Assembly (NCBI RefSeq): GCF_056746865.1
Contig: NZ_CM163382.1
Reading direction: 5' to 3' (one strand)
DNA length: 64,000 nt
Below the pieces are notes generated by a model that did not search any database, was not told the origin of the DNA, and was given only the letters and a program-made list of their open reading frames with translations. This document shows positions 13,512 to 23,229 of this stretch, piece after piece. A program made the position numbers and the translations under genes. Each line of letters opens with the position of its first letter. Position 1 is the first letter of the stretch.

Positions 13512-15257
13512 ATGGCTGGACGAATCCCACGCGTATTCATTAATGATCTGCTGGCACGCACTGACATCGTCGATCTGATCGATGCCCGTGTAAAGCTGAA
13601 AAAGCAGGGCAAGAATTTCCACGCGTGTTGTCCATTCCACAACGAGAAAACCCCGTCATTCACCGTTAACGGTGAGAAACAGTTTTACCACTGCTTTGGA
13701 TGTGGCGCGCACGGCAACGCGATCGACTTCCTGATGAACTACGACAAGCTCGAGTTCGTCGAAACGGTCGAAGAGCTGGCAGCAATGCACAATCTTGAAG
13801 TGCCATTTGAAGCAGGCAGCGGCCCCAGCCAGATCGAGCGCCATCAGCGGCAAACGCTTTATCAGTTGATGGACGGTCTGAATACGTTTTACCAACAATC
13901 TTTACAACAACCTGTTGCCACGTCTGCGCGCCAGTATCTGGAAAAACGCGGATTAAGCCACGAGGTTATCGCCCGCTTTGCGATTGGTTTTGCGCCCCCC
14001 GGCTGGGACAACGTCCTGAAGCGGTTTGGCGGCAATCCAGAAAATCGCCAGTCATTGATTGATGCGGGGATGTTGGTCACTAACGATCAGGGGCGCAGTT
14101 ACGACCGTTTCCGCGAGCGGGTGATGTTCCCCATTCGTGATAAACGCGGTCGGGTGATTGGTTTTGGCGGACGCGTGCTGGGCAACGATACCCCCAAATA
14201 CCTGAACTCGCCGGAAACGGACATTTTCCATAAAGGCCGCCAGCTTTACGGTCTTTATGAAGCGCAGCAGGATAACGCTGAACCCAATCGTCTGCTTGTG
14301 GTCGAAGGCTATATGGACGTGGTGGCGCTGGCGCAATACGGCATTAATTACGCCGTTGCGTCGTTAGGTACGTCAACCACCGCCGATCACATACAACTGT
14401 TGTTCCGCGCGACCAACAATGTCATTTGCTGTTATGACGGCGACCGTGCAGGCCGCGATGCCGCCTGGCGAGCGCTGGAAACGGCGCTGCCTTACATGAC
14501 AGACGGCCGTCAGCTACGCTTTATGTTTTTGCCTGATGGCGAAGACCCTGACACGCTGGTACGAAAAGAAGGTAAAGAAGCGTTTGAAGCGCGGATGGAG
14601 CAGGCGATGCCACTCTCCGCATTTCTGTTTAACAGTCTGATGCCGCAAGTTGATCTGAGTACCCCTGACGGGCGCGCACGTTTGAGTACGCTGGCACTGC
14701 CATTGATATCGCAAGTGCCGGGCGAAACGCTGCGAATATATCTTCGTCAGGAATTAGGCAACAAATTAGGCATACTTGATGACAGCCAGCTTGAACGATT
14801 AATGCCAAAAGCGGCAGAGAGCGGCGTTTCTCGCCCTGTTCCGCAGCTAAAACGCACGACCATGCGTATACTTATAGGGTTGCTGGTGCAAAATCCAGAA
14901 TTAGCGACGTTGGTCCCGCCGCTTGAGAATCTGGATGAAAATAAGCTCCCTGGACTTGGCTTATTCAGAGAACTGGTCAACACTTGTCTCTCTCAGCCAG
15001 GTCTGACCACCGGGCAACTTTTAGAGCACTATCGTGGTACAAATAATGCTGCCACCCTTGAAAAACTGTCGATGTGGGACGATATAGCAGATAAGAATAT
15101 TGCTGAGCAAACCTTCACCGACTCACTCAACCATATGTTTGATTCGCTGCTTGAACTGCGCCAGGAAGAGTTAATCGCTCGTGAGCGCACGCATGGTTTA
15201 AGCAACGAAGAACGCCTGGAGCTCTGGACATTAAACCAGGAGCTGGCGAAAAAGTGA
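13512..15257 (+). CDS. dnaG: DNA primase
   Basis: 581 aa; zinc-ribbon CHC2 motif (CCPFHNEKTPSF), TOPRIM region. Confidence 0.95.
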   Translation: MAGRIPRVFINDLLARTDIVDLIDARVKLKKQGKNFHACCPFHNEKTPSFTVNGEKQFYHCFGCGAHGNAIDFLMNYDKLEFVETVEELAAMHNLEVPFEAGSGPSQIERHQRQTLYQLMDGLNTFYQQSLQQPVATSARQYLEKRGLSHEVIARFAIGFAPPGWDNVLKRFGGNPENRQSLIDAGMLVTNDQGRSYDRFRERVMFPIRDKRGRVIGFGGRVLGNDTPKYLNSPETDIFHKGRQLYGLYEAQQDNAEPNRLLVVEGYMDVVALAQYGINYAVASLGTSTTADHIQLLFRATNNVICCYDGDRAGRDAAWRALETALPYMTDGRQLRFMFLPDGEDPDTLVRKEGKEAFEARMEQAMPLSAFLFNSLMPQVDLSTPDGRARLSTLALPLISQVPGETLRIYLRQELGNKLGILDDSQLERLMPKAAESGVSRPVPQLKRTTMRILIGLLVQNPELATLVPPLENLDENKLPGLGLFRELVNTCLSQPGLTTGQLLEHYRGTNNAATLEKLSMWDDIADKNIAEQTFTDSLNHMFDSLLELRQEELIARERTHGLSNEERLELWTLNQELAKK

Positions 15258-15451
15258 TTTAACGGCTTAAGTGCCGAAGAGCGATCGGGAAGCCCCCGAC
15301 AGCCGCACTGAGAGGCAGCGGCAAATATATAAGTACGCCCTCGTAATTATCGTTGGCGGTAAACAACCGTTGGATTTCAGCGTTAACGGCTGAAGGACAT
15401 CGGGTCAATCGCCCAACACCAACCTCATGAAATAAGTGTGGATACCGTCTT

Positions 15452-17293
15452 ATGGAGCAAAACCCGCAGTCACAGCTGAAACTTCTTGTCACCCGTGGTA
15501 AGGAGCAAGGCTATCTGACCTATGCCGAGGTCAATGACCATCTGCCGGAAGATATCGTCGATTCAGATCAGATCGAAGACATCATCCAAATGATCAACGA
15601 CATGGGCATTCAGGTGATGGAAGAAGCACCGGATGCCGATGATCTGATGCTGGCTGAAAACACCGCGGACGAAGATGCTGCCGAAGCCGCCGCGCAGGTG
15701 CTTTCCAGCGTGGAATCTGAAATCGGGCGCACGACTGACCCGGTACGCATGTACATGCGTGAAATGGGCACCGTTGAACTGTTGACCCGCGAAGGCGAAA
15801 TTGACATCGCTAAGCGTATTGAAGACGGGATCAACCAGGTTCAATGCTCCGTTGCTGAATATCCGGAAGCGATCACCTATCTGCTGGAACAGTACGATCG
15901 TGTTGAAGCAGAAGAAGCGCGTCTGTCCGATCTGATCACCGGCTTTGTTGACCCGAACGCAGAAGAAGATCTGGCACCTACCGCCACTCACGTCGGTTCT
16001 GAGCTTTCCCAGGAAGATCTGGACGATGACGAAGATGAAGACGAAGAAGATGGCGATGACGACAGCGCCGATGATGACAACAGCATCGACCCGGAACTGG
16101 CTCGTGAAAAATTTGCGGAACTGCGCGCTCAGTACGTTGTAACGCGTGACACCATCAAAGCGAAAGGTCGCAGTCACGCTGCCGCTCAGGAAGAGATCCT
16201 GAAACTGTCTGAAGTATTCAAACAGTTCCGCCTGGTGCCGAAGCAGTTTGACTACCTGGTCAACAGCATGCGCGTCATGATGGACCGCGTTCGTACGCAA
16301 GAACGTCTGATCATGAAGCTCTGTGTTGAGCAGTGCAAAATGCCGAAGAAAAACTTCATTACCCTGTTTACCGGCAACGAAACCAGCGATACCTGGTTCA
16401 ACGCGGCAATTGCGATGAACAAGCCGTGGTCGGAAAAACTGCACGATGTCTCTGAAGAAGTGCATCGCGCCCTGCAGAAACTGCAGCAGATTGAAGAAGA
16501 AACCGGCCTGACCATCGAGCAGGTTAAAGATATCAACCGTCGTATGTCCATCGGTGAAGCGAAAGCCCGCCGTGCGAAGAAAGAGATGGTTGAAGCGAAC
16601 TTACGTCTGGTTATTTCTATCGCCAAGAAATACACCAACCGTGGCTTGCAGTTCCTTGACCTGATTCAGGAAGGTAACATCGGCCTGATGAAAGCGGTTG
16701 ATAAATTCGAATACCGCCGTGGTTACAAGTTCTCCACCTACGCAACCTGGTGGATCCGTCAGGCGATCACCCGTTCTATCGCGGATCAGGCGCGCACCAT
16801 CCGTATTCCGGTGCATATGATTGAGACTATCAACAAACTCAACCGTATTTCTCGCCAGATGCTGCAAGAGATGGGCCGTGAACCGACGCCGGAAGAACTG
16901 GCTGAACGTATGCTGATGCCGGAAGACAAGATCCGCAAAGTGCTGAAGATCGCCAAAGAGCCAATCTCCATGGAAACGCCGATCGGTGATGATGAAGATT
17001 CGCATCTGGGGGATTTCATCGAGGATACCACCCTCGAGCTGCCGCTGGATTCTGCGACCACCGAAAGCCTGCGTGCGGCAACGCACGACGTGCTGGCTGG
17101 CCTGACCGCGCGTGAAGCGAAAGTTCTGCGTATGCGCTTCGGTATCGATATGAACACCGACCACACGCTGGAAGAAGTGGGTAAACAGTTCGACGTTACC
17201 CGCGAACGTATCCGTCAGATCGAAGCGAAGGCGCTGCGCAAACTGCGTCACCCGAGCCGTTCTGAAGTGCTGCGTAGCTTCCTGGACGATTAA
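15452..17293 (+). CDS. rpoD: RNA polymerase sigma factor sigma-70
   Basis: 613 aa; acidic region 1.1, conserved regions 2 and 4. Confidence 0.95.
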   Translation: MEQNPQSQLKLLVTRGKEQGYLTYAEVNDHLPEDIVDSDQIEDIIQMINDMGIQVMEEAPDADDLMLAENTADEDAAEAAAQVLSSVESEIGRTTDPVRMYMREMGTVELLTREGEIDIAKRIEDGINQVQCSVAEYPEAITYLLEQYDRVEAEEARLSDLITGFVDPNAEEDLAPTATHVGSELSQEDLDDDEDEDEEDGDDDSADDDNSIDPELAREKFAELRAQYVVTRDTIKAKGRSHAAAQEEILKLSEVFKQFRLVPKQFDYLVNSMRVMMDRVRTQERLIMKLCVEQCKMPKKNFITLFTGNETSDTWFNAAIAMNKPWSEKLHDVSEEVHRALQKLQQIEEETGLTIEQVKDINRRMSIGEAKARRAKKEMVEANLRLVISIAKKYTNRGLQFLDLIQEGNIGLMKAVDKFEYRRGYKFSTYATWWIRQAITRSIADQARTIRIPVHMIETINKLNRISRQMLQEMGREPTPEELAERMLMPEDKIRKVLKIAKEPISMETPIGDDEDSHLGDFIEDTTLELPLDSATTESLRAATHDVLAGLTAREAKVLRMRFGIDMNTDHTLEEVGKQFDVTRERIRQIEAKALRKLRHPSRSEVLRSFLDD

Positions 17294-17346
17294 TCGGTAG
17301 GCCGGATCAGGCGTTACGCCGCACCCGGCACTAGGCCCTCTGCACA

Positions 17347-17374
17347 AACGCCACCTTTTCGGTGGCGTTTTTTA
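17347..17374. terminator. Bidirectional intrinsic terminator between rpoD and mug
   Basis: Hairpin aacgccacc tttt cggtggcgtt flanked by T-run on plus strand and A-run upstream; convergent genes on both sides. Confidence 0.7.
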
Positions 17375-17878
17375 TCGCCCACGCACTACCAGCGCCTGGT
17401 CCAGCTCGCGATACGCTTCAACCAGTTTCTCCAGTGAAACGCGACTTAAACCACTGGGATTTGGCAGCACCCAAATCTGCGTCGAACCAATGGTGAGCGT
17501 TTGTTTCCCCCACTGTGCACCGCGCTGGCTGAATCCCTGTTCATATGCTTGTTTGCCCAGAATCGCCAACGCCTGTGGCTGATAATCTTCTATTTTTTCA
17601 ATTAGCTTACGCCCGCCTGCGTGCAGCTCCTGCTTTGAAACTTCATTGGCTTGCACCGTTGGACGGTCTACCAGTTTGGTGACGCCACAACGATAATCCA
17701 GCAGATGCTGTGCCTCCTGCGGCTTCAACTGACGGTCGGTAAACCCGGCCTGATATATCACCTTCCAGAAGCGATTTGCCGGATGAGCAAAGGGAAAACC
17801 AGTCCCGGCGGATGAAAGCCCAGGGTTGATACCGCAAAACACGACCCGTAACCCTGGAGCCAAAATATCCTCAACCAT
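17372..17878 (-). CDS. mug: G/U mismatch-specific DNA glycosylase
   Basis: 168 aa [20 protein letters not shown]... Confidence 0.9.
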
Positions 17879-18002
17879 ATTTACTCCTTTCTAACATCAC
17901 CAGGAAAAGTATAACGGATTGAAAATACATTGTTTATAAAAACAGCAGGCGCGCGGTAATGGCTGGATTGCGACACGGAGTTACTTTATAATCCGCTACC
18001 AT

Positions 18003-18078
18003 GGCCCCTTAGCTCAGTGGTTAGAGCAGGCGACTCATAATCGCTTGGTCGTTGGTTCAAACCCAACAGGGGCCACCA
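18003..18078 (+). tRNA. ileX: tRNA-Ile (anticodon CAU, ileX-like)
   Basis: 76 nt: 7-bp acceptor stem GGCCCCT/AGGGGCC, D-arm, anticodon loop CTCATAA, T-arm GTTGG-TTCAAAC-CCAAC, 3' CCA. Ile2 rather than Met assignment is from memory of ileX and from position after mug. Confidence 0.85.
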
Positions 18079-18089
18079 TACACAACAAA

Positions 18090-18126
18090 GGGTTAGCTAA
18101 TAAACCAGCTAACCCTTTTTCTTTTT
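18090..18126 (+). terminator. Intrinsic terminator after the tRNA
   Basis: Stem gggttagct / agctaaccc with 8-nt loop, followed by tttttcttttt. Confidence 0.6.
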
Positions 18127-18136
18127 CCTTTGAATT

Positions 18137-18159
18137 GGGTCAGGTAATGGGTCAGGTAA
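18137..18159. repeat. Tandem direct repeat (gggtcaggtaa x2)
   Basis: gggtcaggtaa t gggtcaggtaa read directly, between the tRNA terminator and the first island gene. Confidence 0.5.
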
Positions 18160-18176
18160 GCTTTTTTCCATCTGAC

Positions 18177-19022
18177 TCAGATGGCTGATAATTGTCCCGG
18201 ATAACGCTTTGCAATGATGTCATTTAGCCGATCAACCAGTTCTGGTTTTCTGAATGTGATATGCGCGGAGCCCTTCTTAAAGTATCTGATGCTGAACATC
18301 TCATCTTCATAGCTCTCTTTACCCTGAACAGACTGAATGTGCTCATCCAGACGAATAGTGATGTTTTCCCGATTGTCGGGGATTGGTTTACCGCTGAACA
18401 GGTGCAACATTCTTTCCAGATCGGCGAGTCGGTCAGCCTGTTGTCCGGTGATAAGATGAAATCCCCACCGGTCCCATCTCACCAGATTGTTGACGATAAT
18501 TTTACTGCCAAATTTACAGGGGCAATTGGTTTTGTAATTCCAGTTCAGCCCTCTGAAGACGTTGATCACCCCTCGCTCAAACACCTCATCCTTATTCTGG
18601 TGCAGTTGTTCAAATGTGCTCAGGATGTTCGCTTCGCTGATTTCCGGAAAATTATCGTACTCCAGTGACCGGTACCATGTCTCACGGGCCTGTGCATCCA
18701 TTAAGGAAAGCATCCCGGAACGTTGCATCAAGTCACGCCAGATTTCACGATCGAGATTGTGTGTGATGGCTTTCATTGCCGTTTCAGGTTTCTCCATGAG
18801 CCAGCAGCCACAGCGAAAATCCTGTTTCATCGCCCAGTCCAGTGCGGTTTTACCGCCAATACTTTCTGTCATTGCTGAGATTTCAGCCAGTTGCCGGATA
18901 AGTGTGTTGATTTGCAGCAGTGTACTTTTTCGTACAGCCAGAATGTGGCGGATACTGGTTGAGCAGATAACGTCCGTATGCCCGTTGACTACTTCCGGAC
19001 GGGAGGCTGTGATATCAGACAT
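18177..19022 (-). CDS. Conserved hypothetical protein of CP4-type islands (possibly DUF4942 family)
   Basis: 281 aa ORF at the distal end of the cbtA module; family assignment from memory only. Confidence 0.5.
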   Translation of the reverse strand: MSDITASRPEVVNGHTDVICSTSIRHILAVRKSTLLQINTLIRQLAEISAMTESIGGKTALDWAMKQDFRCGCWLMEKPETAMKAITHNLDREIWRDLMQRSGMLSLMDAQARETWYRSLEYDNFPEISEANILSTFEQLHQNKDEVFERGVINVFRGLNWNYKTNCPCKFGSKIIVNNLVRWDRWGFHLITGQQADRLADLERMLHLFSGKPIPDNRENITIRLDEHIQSVQGKESYEDEMFSIRYFKKGSAHITFRKPELVDRLNDIIAKRYPGQLSAI

Positions 19023-19118
19023 AATCGATATTCCTTTTTGCAGATAAATGAAAACGCCAGCCCTGTTCAGGCTGGCGTCAGTGGAATGAAGTCTGGTGAG
19101 TGAGATGATGAGTGAAAC

Positions 19119-19361
19119 TCACCGGTTCGGGGGCTGAAGCTGCAGTTGGCGCAGGGTACGGATATCCTCCCTGGCCTGTTCAATACAGGACAACAGGGCT
19201 GTCGAATCCGTTTTATCCTCATCGTTGTCAAAGATAATTCCGGATTCACAGTCGATATTGTCCTGCAGCCACGCAATCAGAATATCCAGCGCTGTTTCCG
19301 TGGTTAATGATTTCATGTTGTTTCTGGTTACCAGTCGAAAGTGGGTAAATCCGGCAGACAC
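19119..19361 (-). CDS. Small hypothetical protein (80 aa)
   Basis: ORF overlapping the 3' end of the upstream 162-aa ORF by 34 nt in another frame; may be real or a frame remnant. Confidence 0.3.
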   Translation of the reverse strand: MSAGFTHFRLVTRNNMKSLTTETALDILIAWLQDNIDCESGIIFDNDEDKTDSTALLSCIEQAREDIRTLRQLQLQPPNR

Positions 19362-19816
19362 CCGGCGCTGGCATCCAGATGAATAAGACTGACGCCATAA
19401 CGCCGGATGAGAGTGACAACCAGACGGCGGAAGGTTTTTGACAGGCCCAGACGTTTAAGGTGTAGCACCGGATACGACAAAGCATCGGTACGTAACAGAT
19501 ACCCTCTGCCTGTAAAATGAATCCATTCTGATTCGCCGGTGTCATTCGTCTGATGCGACAGCGAGTACAGCCAGGTGTTGTCCGTTTCCGTGATATGTGC
19601 GGTACTGCAGCGTATGCCGGTAAGGGCAGCAAATGGTGGCGTGCAGTCTGCTGAGGTCCGGTCAGATTCATCAACAACACGAAGGGAGTAGCCGTTATCG
19701 CAGATCATGTTAATCAGTTCAGCGAGATTAACACCATCAATGTCAACGACAATTCGCCCCATATTCAGTGCCTGTACGTTAACGCTGTCGGCTTCCAGTG
19801 TCAGGGTCAGTTGCAT
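19328..19816 (-). CDS. Hypothetical protein (YeeW-like position), translationally coupled to cbtA
   Basis: 162 aa; its ATG overlaps the cbtA stop codon (19807-19816), suggesting co-translation. Confidence 0.5.
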   Translation of the reverse strand: MQLTLTLEADSVNVQALNMGRIVVDIDGVNLAELINMICDNGYSLRVVDESDRTSADCTPPFAALTGIRCSTAHITETDNTWLYSLSHQTNDTGESEWIHFTGRGYLLRTDALSYPVLHLKRLGLSKTFRRLVVTLIRRYGVSLIHLDASAGCLPDLPTFDW

Positions 19817-20190
19817 CGTTTCGACTCCTGATGCTTACCCAGGGTAATGTTATTTACCGTTCTGTAATTGTCGCGGGTCATCAGGCCGGTTGCCCGGCGA
19901 GCCCGGAGAATATCAATACTGTTTATTAACTGAGAGCGGGTACAGGCGCTGAATCCCGGCTGGTCGGTACGTACCAGTGCGTATTTTTCAACGAGAAAGT
20001 TCACCGCATCGCACAGTGAAATGCCTGCCTCAATATGCTGCTCAATCACACGTTCATCAGCGAACGGTGTGTCATTCAGCGTAAGGCCGTAATGCTGGTC
20101 CAGCAGTCGGGTGAGCAGTGTCTGCCAGATTTCAACCGGAGACGGGCGTGAACTGGCCGCCTGCCCGGGTAATACAGGTAATGTTTTCAT
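19807..20190 (-). CDS. cbtA: CbtA (YeeV) family cytoskeleton-binding toxin
   Basis: 127 aa from internal Met [23 protein letters not shown]... (the track ORF has a 47-aa upstream extension); matches remembered CbtA/YeeV. Confidence 0.85.
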   Translation of the reverse strand: MKTLPVLPGQAASSRPSPVEIWQTLLTRLLDQHYGLTLNDTPFADERVIEQHIEAGISLCDAVNFLVEKYALVRTDQPGFSACTRSQLINSIDILRARRATGLMTRDNYRTVNNITLGKHQESKRCN

Positions 20191-20279
20191 ACTGAAGATT
20201 TTCCTGATATGCAGAGATGAAAAATGGAAAAGTGGCGTGGTGAAAGCACCAGGCCGGAGCAGAAGGTTATTCTGGATAG

Positions 20280-20648
20280 TTACCTTTTCGTTTCGGGCGT
20301 CGGATAAACAGCCATATAAACGTAGCCACAACTGCCGAGGGTGTCGGCTTCGCAGGTCAGCCCTTTTGCATACAGCGTGACGGTATGCTGATGGCGGGAA
20401 TTCAGTTCACCGCTGGTGAGCATGAGTTCCAGTTGTTTCATCAGCAGCGGAAAGGCCTGGTCCAGGTGGTACGAATCCGCGTCGCTGAACCGGCCTCTGA
20501 TACCGGCGCGGTCGGCAAGGTAATGCAACCGGTTGCCCTCCTGCACCAGACGGGCGCCAAAACAAGGTGTCACGGTACAGGGCAGCCCCCACCAGGGGCG
20601 GTCGTGATTGTCATCGGGATGCGTTGTCCCGGGCAGTGTGTCTGACAC
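20280..20648 (-). CDS. cbeA: CbeA (YeeU) family antitoxin
   Basis: 122 aa [49 protein letters not shown]..., immediately upstream of cbtA. Confidence 0.85.
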   Translation of the reverse strand: MSDTLPGTTHPDDNHDRPWWGLPCTVTPCFGARLVQEGNRLHYLADRAGIRGRFSDADSYHLDQAFPLLMKQLELMLTSGELNSRHQHTVTLYAKGLTCEADTLGSCGYVYMAVYPTPETKR

Positions 20649-20727
20649 AATAAAATCCTCACAGAAAATTGGTTAAGAATGGTCCGGTGGTGGCGATAAT
20701 TCTGCTCTTCTGAATGCCCTTCCGGAC

Positions 20728-20949
20728 TCAGTTCAGGGTGACGCTCATCAGCCGGACATACGGACCAAAACTGTCCTTACGGCGTTCTGCAAACACAGCC
20801 AGCACACCGGGAATATCCTGCACTTCACGGCCGGTATATGTATCCGTGCTACCGTGCCAGCGGTATTTGCCGGTACAGAACGGAAAAAGACGGGATGCCG
20901 GATGTTGTTGGTGAATACGCATGGCTTCACCACGGGTGATGATTTTCAT
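20728..20949 (-). CDS. yeeT: YeeT-like protein (DUF987)
   Basis: 73 aa, position between yeeS and cbeA as in CP4-44. Confidence 0.75.
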   Translation of the reverse strand: MKIITRGEAMRIHQQHPASRLFPFCTGKYRWHGSTDTYTGREVQDIPGVLAVFAERRKDSFGPYVRLMSVTLN

Positions 20950-21017
20950 GGTGTGATACCTCTTAAGACAGAAGATAAAAGTGAAAACAGGTGTGATGTG
21001 GTGGTGACGGTGACGGG

Positions 21018-21494
21018 TTAAAGCAGACCGTGTTCCGCAAAGGAGAAAACCTGGCTGCCACCGACTATCAGATGGTCCGGTACCCGGATATCCACCAGGC
21101 CCAGTGCCTGTACCAGACGTTCCGTGATAAGGCGGTCTGCCTTGCTGGGTGTGACTTCACCGGACGGGTGATTGTGTGCCAGCACCACGGCAGCGGCATT
21201 GTGGTACAGGGCACGTTTAATCACTTCCCGGGGATGGACTTCCGTGCGGTTGATGGTGCCGGTGAAGAGGGTTTCACCGGCAATCAGCTGATTCTGGTTG
21301 TTCAGATACAGCACCCGGAACTCTTCCCGCTCCAGTCCCGCCATGTTCAGAATCAGCCACTCCCGTGCCGCATGCGTGGAGGTGAAGGCCACGCCGGGTT
21401 CATGAAGATGGCGGTCCAGGGTTTTCAGGGCCCGCTGAATGAGGCTGCGCTCGCCGGGCGTCATCTCTCCGGGCAGAAAAGAAAGCTGTTGCAT
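21018..21494 (-). CDS. yeeS: RadC-like JAB-domain protein (YeeS family)
   Basis: 158 aa with HNHPSG metalloprotease-like motif. Confidence 0.8.
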   Translation of the reverse strand: MQQLSFLPGEMTPGERSLIQRALKTLDRHLHEPGVAFTSTHAAREWLILNMAGLEREEFRVLYLNNQNQLIAGETLFTGTINRTEVHPREVIKRALYHNAAAVVLAHNHPSGEVTPSKADRLITERLVQALGLVDIRVPDHLIVGGSQVFSFAEHGLL

Positions 21495-21508
21495 TGTTCC
21501 GGCCCCTT

Positions 21509-21994
21509 TCAGTCAATGATGCGCATAATGGCGTTGCATTCCGGATGCTGCAGGGCGTAATCCCGCAGCCGGTAATAATGGACCGTCATGGCATAACACT
21601 CCGTACGACAGGCATGATGGCTGTACGTCATCAGACAGGCAGCAATGCCGGCGGCTTCCGGGCTCATTTCAGCGCGGTTACCGTTCATGGCACTGAACAG
21701 TACCCATGTTTCGTCATCATCGTCATCCGGTTCGGGTGCCATAAATGCCCCGCCGTTGTTCAGGGTGTACAGATTCCAGATACCACCACAGTAGTCTTCG
21801 CACAGACGATCCATCCAGCCGAAGACACGGGGCTCCAGGGTCACCCACTGTGGAATGAGGCCAAAATGCTGCGGCCAGAAGCTGATGCGCTGTTCATCAG
21901 GGACGAGGGTGGCAACCAGTTGAGGCGGGTTATTCTCTGATACAGCGGTTACGGAAACAGAAGGTGTGGTGGAATTATGCAAAACGGTTGTCAT
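21509..21994 (-). CDS. Antirestriction protein (ArdB/KlcA-like, YfjX-type)
   Basis: 161 aa with acidic stretch (EPDDDDDE); position and size typical of antirestriction proteins in CP4-type islands; assignment from memory. Confidence 0.6.
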   Translation of the reverse strand: MTTVLHNSTTPSVSVTAVSENNPPQLVATLVPDEQRISFWPQHFGLIPQWVTLEPRVFGWMDRLCEDYCGGIWNLYTLNNGGAFMAPEPDDDDDETWVLFSAMNGNRAEMSPEAAGIAACLMTYSHHACRTECYAMTVHYYRLRDYALQHPECNAIMRIID

Positions 21995-22084
21995 GAGATT
22001 ATTCCTTATAAAAAGTAAATGAATGGAAGAAGTCGCGGGGCAGGGACGGACATGAGTCAGAACTGCGCTTTCAGGGAAAAGGCA

Positions 22085-22903
22085 TCAGCGCATACTCTTC
22101 AGCAGTGTTTCTGCCATCACCCACAATGCGCGATTGAGCTTAATGTCGGTGTCGATGCTGTGAATGGCACGGGTATGGATACGTTTTCCTCTGGCACTGC
22201 GACCGGAAATCCCGCCTTTCAGCATATTCTCCTGGATGGTCTGATAAGCACTCCACAGGTCCTTACCGTAATCCTCCCGGCGTCGCGGTGTCAGAATGTC
22301 AGCAGCGGTGACGGGCTGATGTTCGTCACCATAACGGTAAGTCAGTGCCGCCTGTGCCAGCGCCTGGCGTGCCGGTGGCGGCAGGACCAGCGACTGCATG
22401 GCATCACGCTTCTCCTCAATCCGGTCAAAAACCCCCACCACCTCGTAAGCCCCTTCGATAACTTTCTCCACTACGTCTCCCCGGTGTGGAACACGCACTT
22501 CCCCCAGAGACTGACCACAGACGCATCCGTTCTGGCAGACGAACCTGAAGTAACCCGGCAGCATCTGGTAGCTGGAGGTACCGTCATGGGAGTTCAGCAG
22601 GATGATTTCAGGGACATGTTGTCCGTTTATCTCCCCGTCACGGCGCAGACGCAGCATGTGTTTGGTGTATCCCCGGCGGCCCGGGTCGCGCACGCGGGTC
22701 TGGCAGGCGAAGAATGGCTGGAAGCCTTCCCGCTGCAGGCTTTCCAGCACGGTGATGGTGGGGATCCAGGTATAGTTCTCGCTTCTGGATGTGTGTTTCT
22801 CTTCCCCGAATACGCTGGGGACGACCTGCATCAGTTCTTCACGGGTTAAGGGGCGGTCACGGCGTATCTGGTTCGCATAACCAAAACGACTGGCTAATCG
22901 CAT
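22085..22903 (-). CDS. DUF932-family protein (YafZ/YfjQ-like)
   Basis: 272 aa; conserved partner gene of CP4-type islands. Confidence 0.55.
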   Translation of the reverse strand: MRLASRFGYANQIRRDRPLTREELMQVVPSVFGEEKHTSRSENYTWIPTITVLESLQREGFQPFFACQTRVRDPGRRGYTKHMLRLRRDGEINGQHVPEIILLNSHDGTSSYQMLPGYFRFVCQNGCVCGQSLGEVRVPHRGDVVEKVIEGAYEVVGVFDRIEEKRDAMQSLVLPPPARQALAQAALTYRYGDEHQPVTAADILTPRRREDYGKDLWSAYQTIQENMLKGGISGRSARGKRIHTRAIHSIDTDIKLNRALWVMAETLLKSMR

Positions 22904-23175
22904 GATTTATTCCTTATGAATGAGTTAGCGGTGTAAATGAAAAAGCCGCGTCTCCCGGAGAAGACGCGGCCTGATGGACGAAATGAATGACGTTTATTGT
23001 CTGAGAAGCCCTTCACTGGCGAGCTGCGTATTTTTATGGAAGGAGATCACCCAATAACCCCATCGGGATCGGGCAATAACCGGCCAAATTGTGAACGATT
23101 CAGATGCCATTTGGCAGCAAAAGAGCCTTCGGCAATAAACGTGATGTACAACCCGGCATATCTGTTGCTCCCTGA

Positions 23176-23207
23176 AAGTAAAAAGCCCCGGTCATTATGA
23201 CCGGGGC
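23176..23207 (-). terminator. Intrinsic terminator after flu (agn43)
   Basis: Minus-strand hairpin gccccggtca/tgaccggggc (loop taa) followed by U-run (plus-strand aaaaa at 23180-23184), 20 nt after the flu stop. Confidence 0.5.
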
Positions 23208-23229
23208 CTGAAGGGGAGTGACCTGATTA

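Noticed and set aside
15563-17347. Minus-strand ORFs of 300 and 248 aa opposite rpoD
   Set aside because: Antisense to a highly conserved essential gene; no homology signal.
18003-18078. tRNA T-arm apparently differing from K-12 ileX by compensatory changes
   Set aside because: I cannot recall the reference ileX sequence reliably enough to assert a variant; the tRNA folds canonically.
18080-18200. Phage-type integrase or att core next to the tRNA
   Set aside because: No integrase-like ORF anywhere in 18-64 kb and no clear repeat of the tRNA 3' end recognised by eye.
22019-22849. 276-aa plus-strand ORF
   Set aside because: Antisense to the DUF932 gene that fits the CP4-type module order.
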